From: Nitrosospira multiformis ATCC 25196
Lineage (GTDB): Bacteria > Pseudomonadota > Gammaproteobacteria > Burkholderiales > Nitrosomonadaceae
Assembly (NCBI RefSeq): GCF_000196355.1
Contig: NC_007614.1
Location: 2,040,001-2,072,000 of the forward strand
DNA length: 32,000 nt
Direction of reading: 5' to 3'
The notes beneath the pieces are model-generated. The model was not told the DNA's origin. It ran no database searches and worked only from the letters and a program-made list of their open reading frames with translations. This document shows, piece by piece, positions 19,209 through 28,560 of this stretch; the first letter of the stretch is position 1; every line of letters starts with the position of its first letter. The translations under genes and the position numbers were made by a program.

Positions 19209-19595
19209 TTATTCCGGCTGGTTGCGCATGAAGTCCGCAGTCTGATCGAACGCCATGGCAAGCTTCTTGCGCAAGGCCTCATCCAGATCGATATCCACCA
19301 TGGCGCGATACATGCAGCCCAGCCACTGGTCGCGCTCCGAAGCGCCAATTGGAAAAGGCATATGGCGGCTGCGCAGGCGGGGATCGCCGTACTTGTCGGT
19401 ATAGAGTGTCGGCCCCCCGGTCCAGCCTGAAAGGAACATGAACAATTTCTCCCGGGAACTGGTCAAGTCCTGGGGATGAAGCTTGCGTATGCCGTAATAG
19501 TCGGGATCCTCATCCATCAGGTCATAAAAACGGTCTACCAAACGGCGGATGACCGCTTCCCCACCCATCCGTTCGTAAGCTTCTATAAGATGCAC
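19209..19595 (-). CDS. Group II truncated haemoglobin
   Basis: 128 aa. MHLIEAYERMGGEAVIRRLVDRFYDLMDEDPDYYGIRKLHPQDL..REKLFMFLSGWTGGPTLYTDKYGDPRLRSRHMPFPIG is the characteristic trHb group II sequence pattern. Confidence 0.9.
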   Translation of the reverse strand: MHLIEAYERMGGEAVIRRLVDRFYDLMDEDPDYYGIRKLHPQDLTSSREKLFMFLSGWTGGPTLYTDKYGDPRLRSRHMPFPIGASERDQWLGCMYRAMVDIDLDEALRKKLAMAFDQTADFMRNQPE

Positions 19596-19645
19596 TTCCT
19601 CCTCCTTCTTTCCTTTAACCAGACTTTAACCAGATCGTCACATCG

Positions 19646-20464
19646 TTAGTGAAGACCGGAAGCACGAGGCATCGCTTCCTCCATTGTTCCCTGCAAGGGT
19701 TCGCGCTTCCTCAGCATGCGTAAAACCCAGTAGATGGCACAAGCGGCAAGCAGATGCTTTACGCTGTGTCCACTGATTGCGTGTCCCAGAGCATAAATCG
19801 GCCGGTCTGTGAATTCCGCAACCTTGGCAAGGGCATAAAGCCCCAGCGCAGTGTAGATGTCTCGTCCGCGGGTATAGCGCGAGCGGAAAAAAACACCCAG
19901 GAGAACGATGACCAGCAACGAATAGAACTGCACGACTACATAAAAGTTCAGATTGCCCACCCCCCGCTGTTCGCTCCAGTACCAGTTCAGTACGGTACCT
20001 GCTCCGATCGCAATCAGGACAGGCAGAAGGCGTGTCCCTGCTTTTGGACCGATCCGGTCGTTGATCGTTGCTGCCAGCAGCGCCATGATGCCGATTGCAA
20101 TGGGTAACCGGTCCCATATCAGACGATCGTTGTCAGGAGCCAGATGGTAGTAAGCTGAACCGAAGCATACCAGGGCCACGTTCAGGAACAAAATCATGAA
20201 AGGCCAGCGTTCGGACGGGAGGGTAAAGGTCTTTGCCGCGCACGAACCTCGAGAGTTCAGCAAAAATACCAGCCCTGCGACTCCAACGAAGAGAAAAGCG
20301 AAATTGGAGATTACATTAAAACAGTTTGGAATGCCGAAACAGTCCCGGCTATCGGCGAAATGGTGGTATGACGAGGGCTGTGGAATGGGCGGAACAATTG
20401 TCGCAAGCAACAACATGGCGACTGAAAGTATAGCCAGTATCCATAATTTGAATTTATTGCTCAA
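19646..20464 (-). CDS. Ceramidase / CREST-superfamily-like integral membrane hydrolase
   Basis: About seven hydrophobic segments with FADSRDCFGIPNCFNVISN, GSAYYHLAPDNDRLIWDRLPI and SGHSVKHLLAA, which match the Ser/His/Asp pattern of that superfamily. Confidence 0.75.
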   Translation of the reverse strand: MSNKFKLWILAILSVAMLLLATIVPPIPQPSSYHHFADSRDCFGIPNCFNVISNFAFLFVGVAGLVFLLNSRGSCAAKTFTLPSERWPFMILFLNVALVCFGSAYYHLAPDNDRLIWDRLPIAIGIMALLAATINDRIGPKAGTRLLPVLIAIGAGTVLNWYWSEQRGVGNLNFYVVVQFYSLLVIVLLGVFFRSRYTRGRDIYTALGLYALAKVAEFTDRPIYALGHAISGHSVKHLLAACAIYWVLRMLRKREPLQGTMEEAMPRASGLH

Positions 20465-20637
20465 TTACTCGTCCAAACTCGACTGAAGGGCTTTGCATGC
20501 AAATAAGGAAGTGAACCATAATATGACGCATGCAGCATGAAAAGAGAAGACCTGGTATGAGCACAAGTGTTTCAACCCATACAGAAACCTCGTGCGATGC
20601 CAAATCGCTACATCGATTTGAATATCAAGGAGAAATC

Positions 20638-21165
20638 ATGAAAGTACTGGGAGTACTTGCAACGTTAGCGACACTTATCATGACTTTTGGAAGTCGTGGC
20701 GTACTTGCCGAGCCTCTCAAGGTGGGAGAGGCAGCACCGGATTTCAATCTTCCCGATCAAAATGGCAAAAACCACAAGCTCTCGGATTACCACGGCAAAT
20801 GGCTGGCATTGTATTTCTATGTCAAGGACGATACACCCGGGTGCACCAAGCAGGCGTGTAAATTCCGTGATGACATTCACCAATTGAGGGATCTGGGCGC
20901 GGAAGTTGTCGGTGTAAGCGTGGACGATAGCGCAAGCCATGCCAGCTTTGCCAAAAAGTATGATCTTCCCTTTCCGCTTTTGGCGGACAGCAAAGGCGAG
21001 ACTGCCAAGCGTTACGACTCGATATGGAGCCTCATCGGCCTGGCCAAACGCAATACCTACCTCATTGACCCGGAAGGCAGGATCGCTAAAATTTATTTAT
21101 CAGCCAGCGCTTCGCGCAATTCTGCTGAAATAATCGAGGATTTGAAAAGAATGAAGGGTTCCTAG
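20638..21165 (+). CDS. Peroxiredoxin (AhpC/TSA, Bcp/PrxQ-like) with N-terminal signal peptide
   Basis: MKVLGVLATLATLIMTFGSRGVLAEPLKVGEAAPDF..., then FYVKDDTPGCTKQACKFRD. The track ORF starts at 20530. ATG at 20638 is preceded by AAGGAGA. Confidence 0.88.
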   Translation: MKVLGVLATLATLIMTFGSRGVLAEPLKVGEAAPDFNLPDQNGKNHKLSDYHGKWLALYFYVKDDTPGCTKQACKFRDDIHQLRDLGAEVVGVSVDDSASHASFAKKYDLPFPLLADSKGETAKRYDSIWSLIGLAKRNTYLIDPEGRIAKIYLSASASRNSAEIIEDLKRMKGS

Positions 21166-21302
21166 TTGCATTGCCAAAGATTTGAAGTGAATCCCGAAAT
21201 GTGAAGCCTTCTCAGATCCTTGTGACGGAAACCGGGAATCATGTCAGCCTATCTGAGATAAAGTAACAGATATTCCTGAAAGCGAATCTTTCGTGGGGTT
21301 CT

Positions 21303-22661
21303 TCATCGCATTCTTGCAACCGCCTCCTCCACCCGTTCCACCGCAATGATTTCGATGCCGGGAGGCGTCGCTTTCGGTTTGTTGGCCTTGGGAACAATGG
21401 CTTGCACAAAACCCAGCTTGGCCGCTTCTCTCAGTCTTTCCAGGCCGCGCTGGACCGGGCGCACTTCTCCCGCCAGACCCACTTCCCCGAACACCACCGT
21501 TTTTTCCGGCAGCGGCCGGTTCTTGAGTGAGGAAACGATTGCCAGCAATACAGCTAAATCGGCACCCGGTTCGGTAATTTTCACGCCCCCCACCGCATTC
21601 ACGAACACATCCTGATCGAAACAGGCGATGCCTGCGTGGCGGTGCAAAACCGCCAGCAACATGGCAAGCCGGTTCTGCTCCAGTCCAACGCTCAACCTTC
21701 TCGCGTTAGGCGAGTGCGCTTCATCCACCAGGGCCTGGATTTCAACGAGAAGCGGCCGGGTGCCTTCCTGTGTCACCATGATGCAGGAACCCGGGACCTG
21801 GCCGCCATGATGAGAAAGAAACAAGGCCGAGGGATTGCTTACCTCCCGCAAACCCTTTTCAGTCATCGCAAAAACGCCCAGTTCATTCACTGCCCCAAAC
21901 CGGTTCTTGAAGGCGCGGATCAGGCGAAAACTCGAATGCGTGTCGCCCTCGAAATAGAGCACCGTATCCACCATGTGCTCCAGTACGCGCGGACCGGCCA
22001 ATGCACCCTCCTTCGTCACATGGCCCACCAGAATCATGCCGGTACCGCTGGCCTTGGCGAGTCGGGTCAATTGCGCGGCGCACTCGCGTACCTGGGCGAC
22101 GGAACCGGGAGCGGATTGCAGCGCGTCGGAATAAACTGTCTGAATGGAATCGATGACGGCCACGTCAGGCTTGCGTTCGGCCAGCACTTCCTGGATTCGC
22201 TCCAGGCGAATTTCCGCCAGCAAATGCAACGCCTTTGCATCGACCCCCATTCGTTTGGCGCGCATCGCCACCTGCCTGGCCGACTCTTCACCGCTCACGT
22301 ACAACACGTTTCTCGCGAGCGGCAGCAAAGACATATTGCATAATGCCTGGAGCAGCAGCGTGGATTTGCCGATTCCCGGATCGCCCCCCAGCAATACCAC
22401 ACCACCCTGCACAAGGCCTCCGCCCAGCACCCGGTCAAACTCGAGCAAACCTGTCGAATAACGCTGCTCTTCCTCCGCTTCCACTTCACTCAAGCTCTGA
22501 ACTTCCCTGCTTTCTGAGACGGGAGTGAATCGCGCTGCCGCCTTTTCGCTCATCGCCTCGACAAGGGTGTTCCATGCCTGGCAATGCGGGCATTGACCCT
22601 GCCATTTCAAAGTCTGGCCGCCGCATTCGGTGCAGGAATAAGTAGATTTGGATTTAGCCAT
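21303..22661 (-). CDS. radA: DNA repair protein RadA (Sms)
   Basis: N-terminal zinc finger CTECGGQTLKWQGQCPHCQAWNTL, Walker A GGDPGIGKSTLLLQ, KNRFG motif, Lon-like C-terminal domain. Confidence 0.95.
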   Translation of the reverse strand: MAKSKSTYSCTECGGQTLKWQGQCPHCQAWNTLVEAMSEKAAARFTPVSESREVQSLSEVEAEEEQRYSTGLLEFDRVLGGGLVQGGVVLLGGDPGIGKSTLLLQALCNMSLLPLARNVLYVSGEESARQVAMRAKRMGVDAKALHLLAEIRLERIQEVLAERKPDVAVIDSIQTVYSDALQSAPGSVAQVRECAAQLTRLAKASGTGMILVGHVTKEGALAGPRVLEHMVDTVLYFEGDTHSSFRLIRAFKNRFGAVNELGVFAMTEKGLREVSNPSALFLSHHGGQVPGSCIMVTQEGTRPLLVEIQALVDEAHSPNARRLSVGLEQNRLAMLLAVLHRHAGIACFDQDVFVNAVGGVKITEPGADLAVLLAIVSSLKNRPLPEKTVVFGEVGLAGEVRPVQRGLERLREAAKLGFVQAIVPKANKPKATPPGIEIIAVERVEEAVARMR

Positions 22662-22798
22662 GTATGGAAAACCGGAATTTGTTATCGCCCTGAAAGCTCA
22701 ATCATCGAAGTAATATATTTCATTTCCACGAACCACGTCATAGATATATGGCAGACAGCAGGTGCCATCCAGCGCAAGGATTACCTCAGTTTCGGCGG

Positions 22799-24121
22799 TC
22801 AGGGATTTGAGGGATCGACACCGGCATAGGGAATTCCAGCCAACCTCGATATTTCGGCTTTCCAGGTGCAAATATCATCCCGGCTAAATTCCCGCAGGGA
22901 ATGGTGGCCGCAGGCTCTTGTCATGATCTTCATCAGGTGTACACTGCCGTTGAAAAACAGCGCCAGGTCACGCGCCCTGGCGTCGACGTCGATCTTGTTG
23001 ACCAAGTGTTGGGCATGGGTTGCTATGCCGGCAGGACAATCGCCGGAGTAGCAGATGCGCGCACCGGTACAGCCAATTGCCTGCAGCGCACTATTGGCCA
23101 GCGCGATTCCGTCGGCTCCCAAGGCTAACGCCTTAATGAAATCGGAAGGAATGCGCAAACCGCCGGTAATAATCAGGGTCACGCTATTCTTTGCACCTTT
23201 CTCATGGCCTGCGACGTCGAGAAATTTTCTCGCCCGCGCCAATGCAGCGATCGTTGGCACTGAAATATGGTCCCGGAAAATCCCCGGCGCAGCACCGGTA
23301 CTGCCACCTCGTCCATCGAGAATGATGTAATCGGCCCCGGCATCGAGCGCGAAGCGCATGTCATCCTCGATGTGGTTTGCGCTTATCTTGAAACCAATCG
23401 GAATGCCGCCCATCTGGTCGCGGATCTGATCGGCAAAATCAGCAAAATCGCGGGGTGTGTGGAAATCGGCAAAGGTGGATGGGGAGATCGCATCCTTGCC
23501 GACTTCAATCTGGCGTGCCTTGGCAATCTCCTCCGTAACCTTGCCTCCCGGCAAATGCCCACCTGTACCGGTCTTGGCCGCCTGCCCGCCCTTGAAGTGA
23601 AACGCCTTGACTTTGCCTTTAAAATCCTTCGAAAACTGACTCAAGTCGCTGTTTTTCTTCAGGCCGTTGCGCGCGCTGCCCAATTCGAACATATAACTTT
23701 GATTCAGCTCGAGTTCATCCCCCAGAATGCCGCCCTCACCTGAACAGATCGCAGTGCCGGCCAGATCAGCCCCCTTTGACAATGCCTGCTTGGCCCTTTT
23801 CGACAGCGCGCCATAACTCATATCGCCAACCAGCAGCGGGATATCCAGAACCAGGGGTTTTTGGGCACGCGGACCGATCACCAGCTGAGTATCCACCGGG
23901 GCATCATCTATTAATGGTTTTTTATGGAGCTGCGCTGTCAGAATCTGGATATCGTCCCATTTGGGCAGCGTATCCTTCGGCACCCCCATGGATACCACCG
24001 GCCCGTGATGGATTTCATCGGGATAGTCGATAAGCTCACGTCCCAGTTCGATCATCTGCAAAATGTCGAACCGAGTGTTTTCGATGCTGGCCGCTATGCT
24101 CTTTTTCAATTCTTCGTTCAT
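22799..24121 (-). CDS. FMN-binding glutamate synthase family protein (stand-alone synthase-like domain)
   Basis: GDMSYGALSKRAKQALSKGADLAGTAICSGEGG, KGGQAAKTGTGGHLPGGKV, IILDGRGGSTGAAP, ALGADGIALANSALQAIGC, CPAGIATH. Lacks an N-terminal amidotransferase domain. Confidence 0.88.
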   Translation of the reverse strand: MNEELKKSIAASIENTRFDILQMIELGRELIDYPDEIHHGPVVSMGVPKDTLPKWDDIQILTAQLHKKPLIDDAPVDTQLVIGPRAQKPLVLDIPLLVGDMSYGALSKRAKQALSKGADLAGTAICSGEGGILGDELELNQSYMFELGSARNGLKKNSDLSQFSKDFKGKVKAFHFKGGQAAKTGTGGHLPGGKVTEEIAKARQIEVGKDAISPSTFADFHTPRDFADFADQIRDQMGGIPIGFKISANHIEDDMRFALDAGADYIILDGRGGSTGAAPGIFRDHISVPTIAALARARKFLDVAGHEKGAKNSVTLIITGGLRIPSDFIKALALGADGIALANSALQAIGCTGARICYSGDCPAGIATHAQHLVNKIDVDARARDLALFFNGSVHLMKIMTRACGHHSLREFSRDDICTWKAEISRLAGIPYAGVDPSNP

Positions 24122-24132
24122 TATTGCATCCT

Positions 24133-25863
24133 TTAATTATTTGCTTTGCGCAGATAGTCGGACAAGACATTTAACACCGAACCTGGCAGTTGCCCGCTGG
24201 GGGGCATCGGATTGGTCGGTTCGTGCATGCGGCCTATGATTTTGTCAACCAGATCGGGGTGTTTGAAATCGGCTTCGGTCATTAAAACCGGCTTGGCCAT
24301 TTCCGACGCATGGCAATAGCTGCAATGTTCCTGCAAATACTTGAACGATTCCTTTTTGACCCGTTCCATCGTCCAGTGATCGTCCCATTGGCAATTTCCC
24401 GGCTGCCGGTCGCAATCATTGATCTTTCGCAAGGCCGTCTGATAGTGTCCGAGCGATAGTTTTTCCCGCAATTCGTTCTCTTCCTTGATCGATTTGGCGC
24501 TGACCCTGATCGGCAGGATGCCTTCGCTCTTTATCTTTTTATCGTGTGCGCTATCGCTGCGCTGAGCCTCGGAAACATTCGACAAAAACAAACGGGCACG
24601 CCAGTTTTCGCCGACCCCGGGATGAAATTTTTCATCCTTCAGGCTATGGACGGAAAACAGGGAATTAACAAAAGTGGCGTAGACACCATTTCCGAGTGCA
24701 TGGCATTGCGCGCATGCTTTCGCCTCGGGGCTGACCAGACGCTTGGGTTTTTCCCAGGGATACTGCATCAGATCTTCATAATATTTATCTTTTTTGTCGG
24801 CTTCGCTCATCGCCAGTAAAAATTTGTTGAGCGTACCGTCTCCATCAAAAGGAGAAATCACCGAATACAGCATTCCCGGCTGGCGGCGTGGTTTCAGAAC
24901 CCTGCACTGATATTTGATACGGTCGCCACGCGCATAGGTTTGCTCGAGATATTTGCCGCAAGCCTCGTTGCTGGAAAAACTTCTGAGACAACTGGTGGAA
25001 CTGCCGGCAACGAGGCAGACCGGTTCATTGAAAGGGTAGCGAATGAACGGACCGTTGGAATGACAACGGGTGCAGCCGCCAAAAGTCGGCACCGACCAGT
25101 GGATCACCATTTTTTCATCGAATTTACTGAAGCCTGGCGCAGGAATCTTTTCCCCCGGAATCAGGGCAACATCCGCTTCCGTCCTGATGGTTTCGACCGG
25201 CTCCCCTTTATTGTTCTTCTCGATGACCTTCCACTTCCCGTTGACCTTGAGGGTTTGCGTCGGCTGCCCGGCAAAATAGCAGGTTTTACCCGTATGCCGG
25301 TTATAGCCGATCAGGCCCAGTTCATTGTAATGACCCCCCTGCTTCGAAAAATTGCTATTCTTCCGGCATATGTAGACCCAATCGACGGTTTGCCCACCCT
25401 TGATCTGATTTATCAGATGTTTGATGCGATTGCCGGGGATACAGCCAGCATTACGCATGTCCCGAAAAACGCCGCTGGGCTTGTCGCAGGAGGTGATGTC
25501 ATCGAATAACTGGGTATCGGCATTCAACTTGAGCTGCCCTGTTTCGGAATTGCGGAACCGGGGGGTGCTCTCCGGCAAATCCTCATTCAGCTTGATCACC
25601 TTGCCGCCGGCAAGCGTACGCTCGGTTGGAATCAGCACTGCATCCGGACAATGGATGGTTTCCTGCGGAAATGGTCCCAGCTCTGCTTCACAAACCTCAA
25701 AATATTTCTTGTTGATCTCAATTCTGACCCTTGACGGCGCGGCCACCGGCGTCATGTCAGGCTCATCCTCATAGGCTTGTTGCGCAAAGAGCTCTGAGGC
25801 AAACGCAAGAAGCAGGAGAAAAAAGCTGGATAAAATCTTTTGCTGCATCTCAATCTCCATCAT
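24133..25863 (-). CDS. Secreted multihaem (three CxxCH) c-type cytochrome-like protein of unknown function
   Basis: Signal-like N-terminus (MQQKILSSFFLLLLAFASELFAQ) and three CxxCH motifs: CTRCH (25074..25060), CAQCH (24714..24700) and CSYCH (24324..24310). The last is followed by a candidate Met ligand in NPMPPSG. Confidence 0.8.
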   Translation of the reverse strand: MMEIEMQQKILSSFFLLLLAFASELFAQQAYEDEPDMTPVAAPSRVRIEINKKYFEVCEAELGPFPQETIHCPDAVLIPTERTLAGGKVIKLNEDLPESTPRFRNSETGQLKLNADTQLFDDITSCDKPSGVFRDMRNAGCIPGNRIKHLINQIKGGQTVDWVYICRKNSNFSKQGGHYNELGLIGYNRHTGKTCYFAGQPTQTLKVNGKWKVIEKNNKGEPVETIRTEADVALIPGEKIPAPGFSKFDEKMVIHWSVPTFGGCTRCHSNGPFIRYPFNEPVCLVAGSSTSCLRSFSSNEACGKYLEQTYARGDRIKYQCRVLKPRRQPGMLYSVISPFDGDGTLNKFLLAMSEADKKDKYYEDLMQYPWEKPKRLVSPEAKACAQCHALGNGVYATFVNSLFSVHSLKDEKFHPGVGENWRARLFLSNVSEAQRSDSAHDKKIKSEGILPIRVSAKSIKEENELREKLSLGHYQTALRKINDCDRQPGNCQWDDHWTMERVKKESFKYLQEHCSYCHASEMAKPVLMTEADFKHPDLVDKIIGRMHEPTNPMPPSGQLPGSVLNVLSDYLRKANN

Positions 25864-26831
25864 CTATCAATTAAACAAACTTATTATTCAGGTTGAAGTA
25901 CATAGAACCCTTGTCTGGGTGGCCATGTGATGGGATGGGGTTGCCAAAGCAGGCGAAAGCTTCTTCTGATGAGAAAACTGACGGCTGGCCTAGAGCGGCG
26001 ACTCCAGGAGTCTGAGGAGTTGCTTTTTCCCCAGCAAATATCGTTATTGGATTAAATAATCGGCAAACTGAGCGCAAACTTGAGTCGCGCTCCAGCCCTT
26101 GATCCTTCATCGAACTTGGAGCAGGAATTAGGTACGTCACCATGCCGCTCTTCGATGGCAGCACTCAACTCAAGCTGGGTGCCTTCGATGATTCAGCCAA
26201 TAAATTGCAACCACTCTACGGCTTGTATATCGCTCTCGCAGCGGAACATATTGATTCTTTCGAGATTGATCTCTATTGACTTCGCTATGAAAGAGAAAAG
26301 GCGCGGTTTGCAACAGCGCAGGGGAAACGCAGGCTTTCGTTCGGCACGCGGCTTTTTGGTGTCACAGAGGTTGAGACTGGAATATGGAAGTCCTATTTCA
26401 ACCCGGGCATGCCGGCGACCAAACCATCCGTGCCTGGACTGTTGTCTCCGATACCGGTTTTACTTTCCTCGCACTTCCTTGGTCGTCGCGGCGGGGCGTA
26501 AAAGCGGATATAGCCCGCGGTGATAAAATGGATTTGCAGCCAGTCTTGACGATCAAGCCGGCTCACGCTCTGATACTTGTCCTGGGCGGTATTTTTTGTG
26601 GAAACATCATAAGGAAGACGGGGTTTAAGCCGCCTGCCTCTTGGTGGCGATACGTGAAACAATTGGAACCAGTCGCCATATCGGCGACCCGATCAAATTG
26701 GAAGGTAATTATCGCCTTAGCCCGCAGTGAGAAATCCGTGCTGCTATCGTCCATTTTCGAGCAGGAAGTGGATTAATTCAGGCAGGCGGTGGGAATGTGA
26801 CTTTTCTTATGACAAGCCTGGGTTTTCGCTG

Positions 26832-28493
26832 GTGACCAAACAAGCCCGCAATAAAGAATCGAACCGGGGACGCTCCGGCACTTGGGAACCGCTCAAGATA
26901 CTGCCATTCAGGGCATTCTGGTTCGCCGCGCTTGGCTCCAACATCGGAACGTGGATCAATGGCGTATCCTCCGCCTGGGTAATGACCGACCTGTCTCCCT
27001 CACCGGTGATGGTGTCCCTGGTGCAGGCGGCCACTTCGTTGCCCATGGTACTGTTCGCGCTGGCTGCAGGTGCGCTGACCGACATTGTAGACCGACGGCG
27101 TTATCTTCTCTTCACGCAGATATGGATGGCCGCGGCTGCGGCAATGCTCACCGTACTTGCTGCTATCGATCAGATCGATATCTGGAACCTCCTGATTCTG
27201 ACCTTTGCTTTGGGCATTGGCGCATCACTGGCAACTCCCGCGCTGAATATCACTGCCCCCGAGCTTGTTCCCAGGAGTATGTTGCCGGAAGCGGTCGCAT
27301 TGAGTTCATTGTCGATGAACCTGTCGCGTTCCCTCGGCCCAGCCATTGCCGGCGTATTGCTGGCCCAGATCGGCCCATGGGCCGCTTATGGCCTGAATGC
27401 GCTCTCGTTTATAGGCATGATTGTCGTCCTCTGGAGATGGAAGCGCGAACCGGAAGAGCGGTCGCTGCCACCCGAACGCTTCTTCCAGGCATTGCGCGCC
27501 GGGGTACGTTATGCTCATGTAGCATCGCCTTTCCGAGCGGTGCTGATTCGTACCACGGCTTTTATTCTCTTCGCAGCTTCGGGATGGGCGCTTCTTCCGC
27601 TGATTGCACGGGTCGAACTGGGCGGGGGACCCGGAACTTATGGACTCTTGCTCTCCTTCGTCGGTATTGGGGCGGTGTGCGGTATCCTTGTTCTGCCCCG
27701 GCTGCATGAACTCGCCTCCCGCGATCGCCTGGTGCTGGCGGCAAGCCTGATTTATGGGGCAACGATCATGGCACTGGCAATCCTGCAGAGCGAAGAGATG
27801 CTTTACGCCATCATGACGCTTTCCGGCGCGGCCTGGGTTAGCGTGCTCTGGTCACTGCAGGTTACCGCACAAACCTCTGTTCCTGCCTGGGTTCGGGGAC
27901 GCGCACTGTCTCTCTATATCATGGTCTTCTCCGCAGGCCTGGCATTGGGAAGCCTGTTCTGGGGATGGGTTGCTGCCAGCACTACCGTTCCCACTGCCCT
28001 CCTGCTATCCTCGGCCGGGACGATGGTGGCGGCGCTGGCTGTTCGCAATTTCAGTCTGGGCTCCCGGGAGGCTCCGGATCTTGCTCCTTCATACCATTGG
28101 CGGCCGCATCCTCCAGCAATGGAAGAACCTGACTTGCGCCGGGGGCCCGTGCTAGTCACTGTCGAATATGAGATTGGGCTGGATCAGCGGCGAGCCTTCC
28201 TGGAAGCAATCCGCTCACTGGGAGCATCGCGGCGGCGCGATGGGGCGTTTGCCTGGGGGGTCTTTGAGGACCTCGAGAAGCCGGGGCGTTATATCGAATT
28301 CTTCCAGCAGGCCTCGTGGCTGGATCATCTGCGCCAGCATGCACGCGTTACCCGCGAGGACCAGCGAGTGCAGGAAAACGTCAACCGCTTTCATACGGGC
28401 AGCGAAGCCCCACGCGTTTCACACTTCATCGGTGGCACACCGACAGCGTCAACCGACAGCCCGGCGGCAACGGGAGGCATGACTGAAGCATAA
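26832..28493 (+). CDS. MFS transporter, MFS_3/EntS-like, with a C-terminal soluble extension
   Basis: FRAFWFAALGSNIGTWINGVSSAWVMTDLSPSP..LVQAATSLPMVLFALAAGALTDIVDRRR and about 12 hydrophobic segments, then a soluble tail VTVEYEIGLDQRRAFLEAIRSLGASRRRDGAFAWGVFEDLEKPGRYIEFFQQASWLDHLRQHARV. The track ORF starts at 26727. GTG at 26832 is one plausible start, and the true start is uncertain. Confidence 0.82.
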   Translation: MTKQARNKESNRGRSGTWEPLKILPFRAFWFAALGSNIGTWINGVSSAWVMTDLSPSPVMVSLVQAATSLPMVLFALAAGALTDIVDRRRYLLFTQIWMAAAAAMLTVLAAIDQIDIWNLLILTFALGIGASLATPALNITAPELVPRSMLPEAVALSSLSMNLSRSLGPAIAGVLLAQIGPWAAYGLNALSFIGMIVVLWRWKREPEERSLPPERFFQALRAGVRYAHVASPFRAVLIRTTAFILFAASGWALLPLIARVELGGGPGTYGLLLSFVGIGAVCGILVLPRLHELASRDRLVLAASLIYGATIMALAILQSEEMLYAIMTLSGAAWVSVLWSLQVTAQTSVPAWVRGRALSLYIMVFSAGLALGSLFWGWVAASTTVPTALLLSSAGTMVAALAVRNFSLGSREAPDLAPSYHWRPHPPAMEEPDLRRGPVLVTVEYEIGLDQRRAFLEAIRSLGASRRRDGAFAWGVFEDLEKPGRYIEFFQQASWLDHLRQHARVTREDQRVQENVNRFHTGSEAPRVSHFIGGTPTASTDSPAATGGMTEA

Positions 28494-28560
28494 AGAGGAA
28501 ACTGACAGGCAAATTGCCGATAGTCACCCTTTTTTCCATCTCACTGAAAGGAGCATTTAC

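Noticed and set aside
21210-21258. Inverted repeat TCTCAGAT ... ATCTGAGA between the peroxiredoxin and radA genes
   Set aside because: The arms are 8 bp with a 33-nt spacer and no T run, which could occur by chance.
26727-27709. 275-aa plus (26882..27709) and 133-aa minus (27306..27707) ORFs inside the MFS gene
   Set aside because: Alternative frames of the transporter. The translations lack TM or domain patterns while the main frame is a clear MFS protein.
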